DNA of 64,000 bases from Cyanophora paradoxa CCMP329 (GCA_004431415.1 QPMI01000399.1:150306-214305); one strand, 5' to 3'; counted from the first letter of the stretch, positions 25,994-39,630 are shown. The notes: a model not told the origin generated them from the letters alone. Made by a program: numbers and translations.

Positions 25994-27158
25994 CGCCGCA
26001 AGGCGACTCTTTCCCGTTGCCTATTTTTCGCTCGCGTACCCCTTCACCAGTTCGCATTCGGCGGACTTGGTGGAAGGCAGCCCTCGGACGTAGCTGCGCG
26101 GCCCCAGCCGCACCCATACTGCATGGCCGGTGCGGCACGAACGCTATCGGCCCAGTTGCCGGAGGGGGCACTCGCCGAGCAGCTGAAACCCATCCTTCGG
26201 GTCGAGAGGTTCGCGTTGTCCCTGAAGCGTTTCCTTCCCGGCCTCAGTGCCGCCCAGCGACCATGCCCTCCCAAAGAGCTCGACTGGCTCGCCCCGCGTG
26301 GAGAAGCCGATCCGGCGCGCGTCGAGCACAGCGGCGCTGCAGGCGAAGATTCCAGTAGCGGTGCCCGCTACCTTGCCGCGCCGATCCGGCCTCTGCTCGC
26401 GCAATCCGTCCTGACCATCCGGTCTAGCACGCGCTGCGGCGGAACAACTCGCGCGAGAAGGAGCTTCGGAAGCTCGCGCTGTTACACAGGCAGGAGAAGA
26501 TCCCAGAAGAGGGCGCACTTGTCGACTTCCCGCCGCTGCAGCCCGGCCCGATGAAGGTCCACGTGCGGACGCCGCGGCGGAGGGGCTCCAGCTCGCAGGG
26601 GCGCCTCCGCCGCAACGATTCCGGTGCATAGTCGCGTTATGCGGAACTTAGCGCTGCGTGCGGGATGACATCCGGCGGCAGAGGTCTTCAAGTTTGAGGA
26701 GGACGCCTCGAGCCAGTGCTCGTCGCCCCGCATGCAACGCACCTTCAGCGACAGCACTCTGAGCGAATCAGGTGCGGCAGTGCCGCCGCGTCTCGCCGGG
26801 GGCGGCTGCGGCGGTTTGAAGGGCCGGCAGGGTGGAGCGACGACAACGGGAGCGTGGACTGCTTCATGGACGGGAGCCGGGCCGCGACGTCGGGGCCGAT
26901 CTCGATACCCCCGCGGGCCCCGTCGGGCGACGACTACCCGCCGCTGGCCATGGACCAGCGGTCGTGAGGGCGGGGATGCGGCTGGCCTCAGGGTCCGGCC
27001 GGGGTTGGGTTTAGAGCGTACAGCTGGGGCTTTAGATAGGACGCGTTTCAACTTCGTCTCCACACAATTTTGTCTTCTCTAGCTTGGGTCAGGGTCGCTG
27101 TGATTTCAATTGAGAGCGTTGCCAGGGCTTGGCGTGCCCGCAGGGGGGCCGCGCCACA

Positions 27159-30100
27159 TCAGAGGCCGAAGCGGTGCGGGGCGCGCGCCGGCGTGCTCGG
27201 CTCCCGTCGGCCCGGCGTCACGATCAGCGACCGCCTGCGGGGGACGGAGTGAGGTGCGGAACTATGCGCGGGGTGCGCGCGGGGGAACAGCGCGCACGCC
27301 GGGGTGGGGCCGGCGCGGGGCGCGGCGTTGGGGCCGGCGGTGGGCGGGCGGGGCAGCTCCTGCGGGGGCGTGAGGCGGGCGCTGGGCGGGGCGGGGAGGG
27401 GCGGGGCGGGCCCTGCGGGCGGTGGCGGCGGCCATCTCGTCGGCCATGCGGGCGGCCTCCTCGCGCTCGCGGCGGCGCTTCTCGAGGCGGGAGCGGTAGT
27501 CCTCCTTGATCGAGTAGAAGGCGGGGGCGAGGTCGGCGAGCCAGCGCGGCTCGACGGCCGTCACGCACTGCATGTACTCCTTGCTCGTCATCACCAGCTC
27601 GTGGTAGACGACGTAGTCCGGCGTGTAGCCCAGGCCGTAGAGGGCCGAGGACGGGTGCAGGTGCGCCGGCATGCCGCTCCGCACGTTCAGGTACTCCCCG
27701 ATGCCCTTGAGGCGGGCGCAGTGGAAGAAGTAGGCGGCGCAGATGGCCTTGCGCACGAGGTCCCAGTTGGTCCCGCAGCTCGCCGCCTCCACGCGCTGCT
27801 GCGCCATGATGTCCAGCAGCTGCGAGCGCACCTCCCGCACCTGCCCCGCCGCCCCTCAGCCCCCGCCCCGCCCCGCCCCGCGCCGCCGGCCGGGGGCGCG
27901 CCTTGCGCATGGCCTTGACGTGGATGAAGTGCTCGCCGCACCACTCGCCCGAGTAGCCGGCGTGCTTCCACTGCTGGTAGACGTGCAGCAGCGTCAGGTG
28001 GTCGCTCTCCGGCACGAAGAACTTCTCCCGCGCCGCGTCGCTCTCCTCCGCCCGGTCCTTGGGCCGGAAGAAGAGCGTCGGCACCGACAGGCAGCTCACG
28101 ATCGTCTGCGGCGCGTCGGCGGCGACAGCGGGGGCGGCGCGGCGCGGGGGGCGATGCGGCGGGCGGGCGGCGGGGCGGGGCGCACGAGGACTTCGGAGGC
28201 GCAGCCGAAGCGCTCGCCCTGGAGGAGCATGGCGGCGAGGGGCGGGTCCAGGGGGAACTCGACCATCTTGGAGCCGAGGGGCGTGAGGGCGCCCGTGTTG
28301 TCGAGGGCGCCCAGGACCCAGAGCTGGAACATCGAGTTGAGGATGTTCTCGCGCGGCGGCGGGTCCATGAACTCGAACTGCAGCACGTCCTCCACCCCCA
28401 GCGACTTGAGCAGCAGCACCACGTTCGCCAGATTCGTCCGCTGGATCTCCGGGATCGTGTTCAGCAGCATCTCGCTCCTGTACGCCCGCTCCGTGTACAG
28501 CCGCCAGCAAACCCTGCCGCCCCGCCGTTCAGGTCCGCCCGGCGCCTCCGCCGCGCCCCGCGGTGCGTACCCGGGGCCGGTCCTCCCGGCGCGCCCCGAG
28601 CGCTGGTTGGCGGCGGCTTGCGAGATGGGGGTCACCTGCGGGGCGGGCCGGTGAGGGGCGGAGCATGCGGGGGGAGGGGCGGCGCGGGCCTGGAGGGCGT
28701 CCATGCCGATTTTGGGGTTGTAGCACTTGAGCTTGCAGTAGCCGGTGTCGATGACGTAGAGGATGCCGTCGACGGTGAGCGACGTCTCCGCGATGTTCGT
28801 CGCCACGATGCACTTCCGCAGCCCGTCAGGGGCCCGCTCGAAGATCTTAGCCTGCAGGTCGGCCGGCAGCTGCGAGTAGATGGGGAGGAGGGCGAGCTTG
28901 GGGACGTCGGGCCCGAGCTGCTCGAGGCGCTCGGCGATGACGCCGCAGGTCGTCTCGATGTCCTCCTGGCCCGTCATGAAGATGAGGATGTCGCCGGGCC
29001 CGTGGGAGACGTGGACGGCGATGGCCTGCTTGACGGCGGCGTCGACGAAGTCCTCCTGGGGCACCTTGCTGTAGAGGAGCTCCACGGGGAAGGTCCGCCC
29101 GGGGATGCGGAAGACCGGCACCGACCCGAAGAAGGCGCTGAACTTGTCCGCGTCCAGCGTCGCCGACGTCACGATCAGCTTCAGGTCCCGCCGCCGCGCC
29201 ACGATCTTCTTCAGGATCTGCCCCCCGCCCCGCTCGCGTCCGGTCCGGCCCGGCTTGGGGCGGGGCGGGGCGGTGCGGGGACCCCGAAGAGGACGTCGGT
29301 GTGGAGGGAGCGCTCGTGGGCCTCGTCCATGATGATCGCGCTGTACTGCTCCAGGTCGTTCTCCCGCAGCGACTCGCGCAGCATGACGCCGTCCGTCATG
29401 TACTTGATCACCGTCCGCTCCGACGTCGCGTCCTCGAAGCGGATCGCGTAGCCGACCTCCTGCCCCAGCTCCACCCCCATCTCCTCGCTCACCCGCTTTG
29501 CCACCGACATCGCCGCCACGCGCCGCGGCTGCGTGCACCCCACCATCCCGTACGCCGTGTACCCCTCCTCGTGCAGGTACTGCGTCATCTGCGGCGCGCG
29601 TGGGCCGGGGCCGGGGCCGGGGCGGGGCGCGGGGCGGGGGGGGCGGGCCTGGGTGGTCTTGCCGGAGCCCGTCTCGCCGACGATGACGATGACCTGGTTC
29701 TCGGCGATGACCCGCAGCAGCTCCGCCCGCACCTGGAAGATGGGGAGGAACTCGCGCTGCTCGCGCAGGCTCTTGCCCCGCGCGAACTCCGACGCCGCCT
29801 CGCTCGCCTTCAGGTGCTCCTTGAACTGCGAGGCCGCCCGGTAGTCCACCTCCCCCTCCGCCCCCGCCGCCGGCCCCGCCCCCGCCTCCCCCTCCCCCTC
29901 CTTCTTGATCCCCATCGCCTCGCCCATCTGCGGGGCGTCGGCCGCGGGCGGGCGAGGGGGGGCGGCGGGGCGGGGGCGGGCCTTGGAGCCGGCGAGCTCC
30001 CAGAAGCGGTTGCGGGAGACGAGCTTGGCGCGCTCGCGCTGCTCGCGGACCTCGCGGACGAGGCGGGAGCCCTTGCGGGCGACGGCGGCGAGGTCCGACG

Positions 30101-31619
30101 TCGGGTCCCGCACCACCGCCGCCGCCTCCTGCGCCCTGTACTCCGCCGCGTGCCCCGCGAGGAAGGGCGGCCGGATGTCGTGCACGAGCACGTGCAGCCG
30201 GCTCTCCTGCTCGTCGTCGAACTCGGTGGCCACCTCCGTCTGCCGCACCACGCCGCTCGTCGTCAGCCGGTCCAGCTCCCACCGCTCGTTGTCCTCGTGC
30301 GCCTGCGCCTGCCGCGCCGAGAGCCGCTTGATCTGCCGCTTCACGAGCTCCGCCTCGCGGGCCGCCCACTTCGCCTCGTCCCCCACGAAGGGGTCGCGGC
30401 CCTCCACGAGGGTGCCCCCCTCCTCCGCGTCGTACCACTCCCGGTCCATCCTCCGCTCCTCCTCCTCGTCCGCCTCCGCACCCACGGGCCCCGCCCCCGC
30501 CGGGCCCCCGGCCGCCGCCCCGGGGGGCCCCCTCTGCCCCACGGCCGCCGCCCGATCCCCGGCCTCGCCGACGCCCGCCGCCGCCTCCGCCCGCTGCCGG
30601 TGCTCCCGATCGCGCCGCTCGCGGTCCTGCCGCGGGGGAGGGGGGCCTCAGCGCTGCGAAGCGGAGCCTGCGCGGGCGCCGCACCGCGCGCCACGAGCCG
30701 TAGCGGTCGCGGGCACTCCGCGGGCTCTCCCCGGGGCCCTCCAGCTCCGCTGGTCGGAGTGGCGTCGGGGCCCACTCGTCCTCCCGCAGCGGCCGCGTCC
30801 GGTCCGTGTCGCGCGTGCCGCCGCGGCTGCGCGCCGCGCCGCCCACCGTCGTCAGCGGCGTCGGCGCGTCGAAGTCCCGCTGCCACTTCGCTTGCCGCCC
30901 TTCCGCGCCGCGCGGCTCCTCCAGCTGTCGCTTCACGCCCCAGGACCCTTGCCGCGCCTCTTGCGGCCGACCCCCCGGCCCGGCGACAGGGCCCCGCCCC
31001 GCCCCGGCCGCCGGGCCCCGCGAGCGGTAGTGGTGCGCGTGCTGAGCCCGGCGCTCCGCGGAGAAGGCGGGGCCGGCGTCGCTGGCCTCGCATTCGGGCT
31101 CCTCTGCGGCGAGGAACTCCTGCGCGGCCGCGGGGGCCACCGCCCCGCGCCGCTCCTCTCTCGCGAGCCTCTCGCGCTCCTCGCGCTTGGCGACGGCGAG
31201 TTTGTCGAGGCCGAGCAGGGAGGCCCCCCGCGGGGCTGCGAAGACGTGCTTCTCGTTCGCTGCAGGGCGCTTCACGACGAGGCCGCCCTGCGTCGGTGCG
31301 GTGCCCTCGAGGCGGTCCATCGCCTTCCCCGCGAACGCGCTCTTCTCGTCGGCGTTCAGCCCGACCATCACCTTCTGGTAAAGCAGGCTCAACGTGTCCT
31401 CGCGGAACGGCGCGTACACCAAGCATGCTGCGAGGGGATGAGCGGCGCGGGATAGCCGGCGCGCGCGCGAGAACCTCTTTTGAACTCGTCAACATTGTCG
31501 CGGTGCTTGATCCCCTCGCCGATGATGCGCTTGGCTAGCGTGCGGTTTGTCCCCGATAGGCTCAGAGCCCGAGAAGCGACGAGCGCCACCTCCTCCTGCA
31601 GCGTGGCGCTGTCCGCCAT
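27159..31619 (-). CDS. PRP16: Pre-mRNA splicing DEAH helicase PRP16/DHX38, multi-exon
   Basis: [64 protein letters not shown]-terminal TPGRREP..RFGL. Confidence 0.95.
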
Positions 31620-31726
31620 GCGTTGCTCGGTGTCCACTGATCCGATTCGCTGCACCCCTCTCGTTTTTTTAGCCTAGCATCTCCCCCCAAAACATTCTTC
31701 GCTAACATTTTCGCGTTTGGACTGCA

Positions 31727-31834
31727 ATGATCTCCGACGTGCAGCTCGGAGTCTTGTCCAACTTCGTGGGCGTAGCGGTCGTCCTGCTCGTCATGCTGTA
31801 TTTCTATGTTACCGCCGACCCGCGACAGGAATAG
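31727..31834 (+). CDS. OST4: Oligosaccharyltransferase 4-kDa subunit (35 aa; below the ORF track cut-off)
   Basis: MISDVQLGVLSNFVGVAVVLLVMLYFYVTADPRQE* matches the OST4 pattern MI.DVQL...N.LG. Confidence 0.9.
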   Translation: MISDVQLGVLSNFVGVAVVLLVMLYFYVTADPRQE

Positions 31835-31939
31835 TTTGTTGTCTCGCAGTTTTGTGAGAGTGACAATGCCTAGTTTCGTAGTCTGCGTTCGCGGAGCCCA
31901 GAACGCGAATCCATGACCGCCGCTCGGCTCCAGCCCCAA

Positions 31940-32218
31940 CGCCTCGCACTCCCGCCTCGCCTCCTCCACGGCCGCATCCTTGATCACCTGCAGGTCCAGG
32001 AAGTGCACCGAGAGCTCGCTGGAGATCATGCTCGCACTCCCTTCCTGCTCCTCCGCCTGGCGCCCGTCGGCCGCCGCCTGCATTGCCGCCACCTGCGCTC
32101 GCGCCGCATCCACCGTGGCCGCCGCGTCCGCTCCGGCCGGACACCGCGAAGCTCAAGGCAGCGGGGGGCGCGCCACTCTGGTCCGCCGGCGCGGACCGGA
32201 TCATGTAGCCGGGGCCTG
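31940..32218 (-). pseudogene. Diverged partial duplicate of the ankyrin/coiled-coil gene
   Basis: Aligns to about 24045-24252 joined to about 24473-24535, with the intervening ~220 bp missing. Confidence 0.8.
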
Positions 32219-32591
32219 ATCATTAAGCTAGGGGCACTGCAGCTGCGCACGCAGCAGTATTACTGTGCGCGGCAGCTACCGTGCAAAGTCTATTGAAGCC
32301 GACCGCCAGGCAAAAAGTCTTCGCGTGCTGGCGTAATGCAATGCACACAAAGTTACACGTGCCCGGTTATTTGCTGTTGGTGTCTGCTAAGATACAGCCT
32401 CTTGGGAACTCCAGATACAGCCTCTTGCAGACACGAATGCCCTATCCTCCACGTCTGTCATCGGATACTGTGCCTTGAAGGGTACGTGGCAGGACGGAAG
32501 CTCTCGTCAAATTCTCGATCTCCTTTAGCCGGTTTGAGAGAGTCTGCGATTGGGCCTGCTCCGCGGGAGAAAGCACCTGGTGCGCGTATTC

Positions 32592-33253
32592 TTAGAGATA
32601 GCATACATGTGATGCATTTCGGGGGCGCCTTACCTTCTTTTGCTTCAATTTGTAGAGTGTCGCTCGAATATTTTGCTTCTCCAGCATTAAAGCTTTATAG
32701 TCCAATACAGCGGCCTGCACGATTCTGATGAAACTGCGCGCTCGGCTGTCAGAAGCGAACTGCGTGCACGGAGTTGAAGCACGCTGCGCAGACTGTTTGC
32801 TCTGTGTCTGGGCTTTCACTTGGGAGAGTGCCTTCCTCCACCGGATAGCCGCAGGCCGCACTTCCCCCTGCTCCTCGTGAACGGGGACAGGCGGAGGCGC
32901 CGGGCTTTCCCGGGGCGTCTCATGCTTCGTTTCGTAGGCCTTCAACTGGGCTCGGCGTTGGGTGCGGAGAAACTGCCCCGGCCCACACGGCGGACCTGGA
33001 TCTGTAGCTGCTCGAGCTCCATCTGCTGTGCTGGCGTGAGGTTCTTGATCTGCGGCCCGAGTGAGTAAGACGTGATGCAAGAACCCCTGCGGGTCTGATC
33101 GCAGGCGACCTGCTTCAGCTGATAGACCCGCGTTCGGATGCGGAGCTTCGCCTCTGCGGGGTCCTCCGGCCCGGTGTTTGCAGTGAAAATCCCAAACCGG
33201 CTCCCCCGCCGGTTGTGCAGGATCGGGTCCCCCGCGTCCGCCACCTTCGCCAT
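32592..33253 (-). CDS. Hypothetical spliced protein
   Basis: Protein-like exons (MAKVADAGDPILHNRRGSRFGIF.., LKAYETKHETPRES..). No recognised domain. Confidence 0.35.
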
Positions 33254-33378
33254 TAGGGACGTCTGCTCTGTCCTCGGGGGAGCGTCGCGGAAAGAACAGG
33301 CTGGCTGAGGCTGGCACTCAGGCTGCAAAGGGCGGGGTACACGAGAGCTTGCAAATTTGGGGTACACGAGAACCAAAC

Positions 33379-35222
33379 ATGCTCTTGCGCAGCGCGGCTG
33401 CGGCGGGCCGCGCGGCGGTCGGCGCGCGGCCATCGATACTGCAAGCTGGTTTGTGACCTCCTTCCCGCTTACAGTCGGTTCGCCGTTGATGCGCAGTGCA
33501 GGGCACCCGGAGCTGCCCGCGGTGCAGTGGAAGCGCTGGAGCTCGAGCGCCGGCCAACCACCCGATGCGATCGGGGAAACGACGGAAGGCGCTAGCGGCG
33601 ATGCTCCGGTCTCGGCCACGTCGCCCGTGCAGAAAGCAGACCGGCCCCTGGGCCGCGCGTTCGTCGCCAACTACATCCAAGGGGGCGTGAACGTGAGCGA
33701 GGAGCAGGCGGCCGGGCGATCCTTCCACGAGGTGAAAAGCCCGCCAGCATCGCGATGCGCTGCATGCGCTCAGACGCCGGCGCCCCGCAGCTCGCCTTCC
33801 CAGACAAGTGCTACAACAAGGACACGGGAGAGCTCGACATCGGCGCGCTGCCGGATTCGAGCGTCAAGCGGCACGTCCTGCCGGCGTGGCGGAGGGCCGC
33901 CCGCCGCTTCATTGAGACCCGAGAGTGGATTCAGACGGACTTCGTGTACCGGTGGGCTCTCCTCTCACCGCGCCGCCGCGCGCAGCACAGAGCGGACGGG
34001 GGGGTCGCAGGAGGGGCCACGTGGTGCACGTCGCGCTGGACGAGGCGGAGCAGCAGTGGCGGGTGGTGGAGGGCGGCTCCTCGGGCACGCCGGGCGGCTG
34101 GCGGCCGGACGCGGAGTACTTCCCGGCGGCGGCGGACGGGCGGCAGCACGTGATGCCGGAGCCGCTCTTCCGCTTCCTGAAGCAGCTGGCGCTGGAGCGG
34201 GCGGCGCGGCGGGCCGGCCTGGCGGACGACGCCGGCTTCGACCCGGAGACGCCGGGGTCGGTGGAGGAGGCGCGGGCGCGCGGGGAGACGTTCGACGAGT
34301 ACGTGCTCGCCTCGTTCGACATGCCGCGGCTGCGGGACCCCGAGGAGGGCGCCGACGAGGAGGCCCGCGAGCTCGCCGAGGAGGACGAGGAGGGCGCCCA
34401 GGAGCCCCAGTGGGTCGACTACGCCATCCAGGACGCCGACCTGCCGCCCTCGATGCTCTTCGGCGCGGAGGAGGCGGCCGGGGCGCCCCCCGAGGCGGTC
34501 GCGGAGGCCGTCCCCCCGGGCTCGGACCCCGCCGCCGAGGAGGCCCTCGACGCCGAGGCCGACTACGGTGCCCGCCGCCCCGCGCGCCGCCGGCCGGGCG
34601 CGGGGCGACGGGGCGCGGGGCGGCGGGGCGCGCAGTGCGGGCGGGGCTGGCGAAGCGGCGGGCCGAGGCGGTGATGGACTACCGGGCGGAGCTCGAGTCG
34701 GGGGAGTTCGGGCTGGACGAGGCGGAGGAGGTCGAGCGCGAGGAGGCGCTCCGCGAGGGCCAGCTCGCCCAGTACCTCCTCGACGTGCGCCGCACCACCA
34801 ACCAGACCAAGTCCGGCAAGGTCTCCCGCTACGCCGCCCTCGTCGTCGTCGGTGCCGCCCCGCCCCTCCCGTCCCCCCCGCCTTGCCTCACGGCCCGCAG
34901 GCAACGGGCGGGGCCTGGTGGGGTACGCCGTGGGCAAGGGCGCCGAGCCCGAGGTGGCGGTGGAGCGGGCGTACCGCAAGGCGGAGACGCGGATGTTCCA
35001 CATCGACCTTGACCCCGGCGGCGTTCTTCCCCACTCCGTCCTCGGCAACTACGTGCAGACCAAGGCACCCGCCACCCCGGCACCCCTTTCCACCACGCGA
35101 CCCGTAACCCCGGCACCCGCAGGTTGTGATCACGTCGAGCCCGTGGGAGCTGCCAGTGTGCGCTGGGGGAGGGAGGGAGGGAGGGGGGAGGGAGGGAGGG
35201 GGGGGGGGGGGGGGGGGGGTGT

Positions 35223-35254
<32 letters not shown>

Positions 35255-35594
35255 GGAGAACGGGATGTGTGTCGACAGGATGGCTGACGGGGCGGCCTTC
35301 AGGGCGCACGAGGCGGTGCATGCAGTGCTCGATGGTGCAGGCGTCAAGTTCTGCACGGCAAAGATTGTCGGCTCCCGTAACGTTCAGAACGTCGTCCGCT
35401 CGACCATTCATGGCCTTCTTCAGTGCCGCTCTGCCGAGACCCGCTCCCGCGAGGCTGGCAGATACATTCCCCCCAACAAGTTTTGCCTTCACGTCCGCCA
35501 CCTTGCTACCCCCTCCACATGCTGCACCTGCCAACTGTAGCTGCAGGTGGCGGGACAGGCAGAGCAAGAGTTGCTGGCAGTTCCGGCGTCATAA
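33379..35594 (+). CDS. MRPS5: Mitochondrial ribosomal protein uS5m-like, multi-exon
   Basis: Presequence-like N-terminus. LLDVRRTTNQTKSGKVSRYAALVVVGNGRGLVGYAVGKG and AGVKFCTAKIVGSRNVQNVVRS are S5 N- and C-domain motifs. Confidence 0.85.
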
Positions 35595-35644
35595 ATTGCT
35601 CGACAAAAGGGAGCAAGAACAGCAAAATGGCATAGCAGACAGTG

Positions 35645-37094
35645 TCATTCGGCTACTTCCGGAAGCTTCTGAATCTCTTTCAACAAGAGTTCCTTTTCCT
35701 CATTAAACTGCTCATCTTCTGCTTGGAGTGTGGTGTGAGCAGGATGAAGTGTGCCTGCACAGTGCAGCTACCTTTGTCCTGTTGAAAGGATTGCAGGAAG
35801 ACCAGAAGCTTTGACCGGTTTTTGCAGAGAATATCCCGAATCGGCTGGGTCTTGTTTGGGTTCGCCACGAATATCTGCAAGCAAGCCCAGAAAGGATGGG
35901 CACCAGAAACAAGTGGGACATGAGAGGAAGTAACCTTGAAGACGTGAAATGCCTCGAACTGAATGCTCTTGCTCTTGTCCCGGAGTAAAATCATCATCAG
36001 TTTGAGATTGTCCACGTTGCCAATGAAACGAGTCATCACAGAGAAGTTAGCGCGGTCCAGGAGAAGTTCCCCGAGGAGCTGCGCCTGGTGTTTGACGAGG
36101 CGAGAAACATGCCTCGAGAAGGATGACACCTTCAAAGACTGCCTCCGTGTGACGTAGTTTTGAGAGTTCAGAAGGCCCGTGTATGCATTGAAGAACTCTT
36201 CGAAATTGTCCTCGAGATACTTTGCAATAAGTGTCTTGTGCTTAGTCAAGAGCTCCTGTTGTCTTGCAGTCAGAGGAGAAGTCGCAAAGAGACAAAAAAC
36301 GGCTTGCACCTTGAAGGTGGCGAAGGCATCAGATGCAACGTCAAAAGCTGTTATCTCCACAAAATGGAAAAACTTGTACATCAGCTCGGGCTCCAGTAGT
36401 GCTCGACACATCTGTTCGCTGCGTATACATTCTCGCAGCATAGATCCGCAGTTGAGGGCGATGTCTTGATTGTTGTACCTGTAGCTTGATCAAGTCTTCA
36501 TCATGTGTACTGTAAGGAGGGGCGAACCCATCCACGAGCATCGCAAGAATTCGACGTTCGCCTGGTGATCTCAGCACGTAATCGGCCCATGAAACGGATC
36601 CTTGACTATGCCGACGGAGGAGCGAGTTGAAAATTTGAGCGACATCTTTCCGGGCCTTGAAGGCGGTTACTAAGTTCAAAGCTGAGCTCAACCCGCTGCA
36701 GCTGAGCTCACCTCAAACCCGAAATAGGAAAGGTTCTCTATCAGATCTAGAATCAAATTATCCCTGTGCAGCTCCGCGGCAAGCTGTAGTATTCCATGAG
36801 CGCGAGTGTGCCCGCAGCCGCAAGTTACGCGAGGCACCTGTGACACGATCTCAACGCTTGGAGCGCTCTCGCCGTCGCCTAGAAGGGCTGTCTTGATCGC
36901 CGTCAAGGCTTTGGAGACCTCGTCAGACCCCTGCGAGGAACGTTAATCGAAGCCCTTGGCCGGGGCGCGCGCCAGACCTTCGGATCTGCCTTTTTCGAAA
37001 TCGCCTCGACCGCGCTCTTTAGCGCTGCAACGAGCTCGGGAGGCGTGCGCTTTCGATCTGAGCGGAAGAGGCCCAGGAAGGCCGAAGATGCCAT
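35645..37094 (-). CDS. MO25: MO25/CAB39 scaffold protein, multi-exon
   Basis: [85 protein letters not shown]. Confidence 0.95.
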
Positions 37095-37300
37095 CAAATG
37101 CCTTCGTTACAGGCACGTACAAGCGGCCCGAACCAAGTTGGCCGACTCGCAGCGAAGAACGAGCTGCACCCTTACCGCCCCAAAGGCCCCCTCTCCCGCC
37201 CCCACCCCCCTCCCACCCCCCCCCCCCCCCCCCTCCCTCGAGCTCCCCACCCTCCCCGGCCCTCGGATTCAAATATCGATTCGGCTTTGAACTTCCAGCG

Positions 37301-38851
37301 ATGTCCGGCAGCAGCGACGACAAAGAGACCGTCGTCGACAACGCAGCCGCCAATGACGACGAGCACAGCATCGTCGACATGGATGATGTCCGGCAGAGCA
37401 ACATACGGGACCTGATGAAGCTTATACGGGTCCGATGTTCAGATGCTTATACGAACCCTTGCCGCGTTCTAAACGCCCTTAGGCCTTTGGCGGCGGGAGT
37501 ACCGACGTTTCCAGGAAGACGCCGGGGCGCCGCAAGCGTACCGACACTGAAGAGGGGAGTGATTCGCGGGAGGAGGCCAAGCCGCGTCGTCGTAGCGCTC
37601 GTCTGGTCGGCAAGGTTCGCCCGTCGTGTTCCCGCCAAATTGCAGCTGTGGGGTCGATCGAGCGATCCCAGGTCTCGACCGCGGTTCCTGAGCAGCCCGA
37701 ACGACGCCGTCGGCGGGCAGGCAGCGCAAAGAAAATTACTGTACGGCGCCTGTTCGTCTTTCCGGCTGACAAGCTCAGGAGCTGTCGGGCACCCCCGAGC
37801 GCCGGTGACTGCAACCCGCTTGCTATCGCATCATATAATTGAGCCGAGCGCAGCGCTTCTCCTCAATCTGGAGGCGAAGAGGAGGCTCGGGCTCTACGAC
37901 AAGGAGACCGGCGTAACGTGCCTGCACCGCGTTTTGGCACCCTTGAAGCGCCCTCTGAAGACTCTCTAGATGTCATCAATGCAGGCAGAAAACGACTGAC
38001 CGGAAGAGCGAATGCGCAAATGAGCAGTGCTGCAAGACTGAGAAGGGCCACCTGTGTGGAAAATGCCTGTACGACCGGTATGGCGAGAACATTGAGGAGG
38101 TTTGGGCAGATCCTGAGTGGGTCTGCCCTGTTTGTGAGTCGCATTTGTTGCCGAGCGCTCTCTGAAAGTCTGGTCACTGTGTCTTCCGGATCACTCTGCA
38201 GGTCGGGGATTCTGCAACTGCTCGTTCTGTTGGGTGCGCGATGAACAACACGAGAGACACGAGGGCATGGCATTTACTGCGAGGCGCAGAAAGAGCTCAC
38301 TGGTGGGGAGGCGACAGGCGCCCTCGCCCCTCGAGCACGCATGCTGGGATACCTGTCCGTGGCACACTACCTCGCAGATTATTCACCGGGACTTCGGGTG
38401 CACATATGCTGAGTGCCGAGAGCTGCAGCTGTGCTGCTGTCGACCAGGAACGCAGCCACCAGGAATTGATCGGACGACACTCATGCAGCCTGGCCGTGAG
38501 CCGCCAGAGGCACGCCCCTGTGCCTGCACTTTTTCTGCCTGCCAATGCCTCTTGCAGCGCAAGGACGAGCACGACCTTTCTGAGGATGCAACTGTCGAGC
38601 AAGCCGTTGCACCTGTGGAGAGTGCACGAGAAGGCTCAGCAGCACCTGCGGTGGAAGCTGAGGAACAGCTCGAAGATGTCGAGGTGGTCGTTTCTGATGA
38701 TGGCTATACAGAGGACGAGGGCAATTCAGAGGAAGAGGGCGTTTTTGAGGTGAAGAAGGTGATACAGCCCGATAAGCCTTCCGAAATAGATCTGCCTTCG
38801 GATTTTTATCGAGGTTCTGATTCTGACAGTGAACCAGTCATTTTGATCTGA
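37301..38851 (+). CDS. Hypothetical spliced protein with acidic C-terminus
   Basis: Protein-like exons from MSGSSDDKETVV to DSDSEPVILI*. No recognised domain. Confidence 0.4.
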
Positions 38852-39215
38852 AACTTGGGATGCCCCCGCCTCATTCCAGTGTCCTCAGTGCCTGGCTTGA
38901 TTATCAGGCTTGGATTTTTCAGGCTTGATCCGTGACTCTAGCCTAGCAGCTGCAGTAACTATGTAATAACATAGCTGTGTGCTCGTGATGGCCTCTTCCT
39001 AATGCCGGCTGGGGGCACCTGGCCTGCCAGGCTGAGGTACTCCCGATCCCGTTTGCAGTTTTGAACCGCAGCTGCACTAGTACTGCGGCAATCATAGATA
39101 GCTTAAGGCCATCATGACCCCGGCCCGGCATTCCCCAGTGCGATCCGGAGTCGTGCTATTGCATGGCATTATATATAATTATAAATCGATGTCATGATGG
39201 GTGAAGGGCTCTACT

Positions 39216-39630
39216 AGAGAGAGAGATGAAGCAAAAAACACGCCCGTGGACTGGGGTGATGATCATGAGGTATGGCAACGCCGCAGAGGCCCCGAGTGGG
39301 ACATGCAAGGCTTGCCAGGGACCTACCCAGCACAGGTAGTGGTGTGCGTACGCACCGCATGGGACAGGGGCCGGGCCCCTGCACCGAAAGAGCAGAAGGA
39401 AAGAAACCATGCAGAGACCCACAGGGCCCCCACCATGGAATACCCCGAATCCCGGAACGACCCACTCCCTATCGAGCCGCCCGGGGTATTGAGGGTGGCA
39501 GCCCACAAAACAAAGGCAGAAGCAGGAGCAAGTACAATCAATTTACAAAACAGCCTCATCCATATCATCTTTAGAGCCATGGCTCCCTCCAGAAGAGCGG
39601 CCACGTGCACGCTTAGGAGGAGGAGAAGGA
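39216..39630 (-). mobile_element. Third, diverged single-ORF retroposon fragment (D): ORF C-terminus and 3' UTR
   Basis: Ends GGGCGTGTTTTTTGCTTCATCTCTCTCTCT and shares GGGGCCTCTGCGG with A and B. Encodes PPPKRARGRSSGGSHGSKDDMDEAVL*. Confidence 0.7.

Noticed and set aside
35160-35255. Long poly-G and poly-C tracts (also near 540 and 985) as functional elements
   Set aside because: Low-complexity sequence (the 35.2-kb tract is intronic) that is prone to sequencing error. No independent support.
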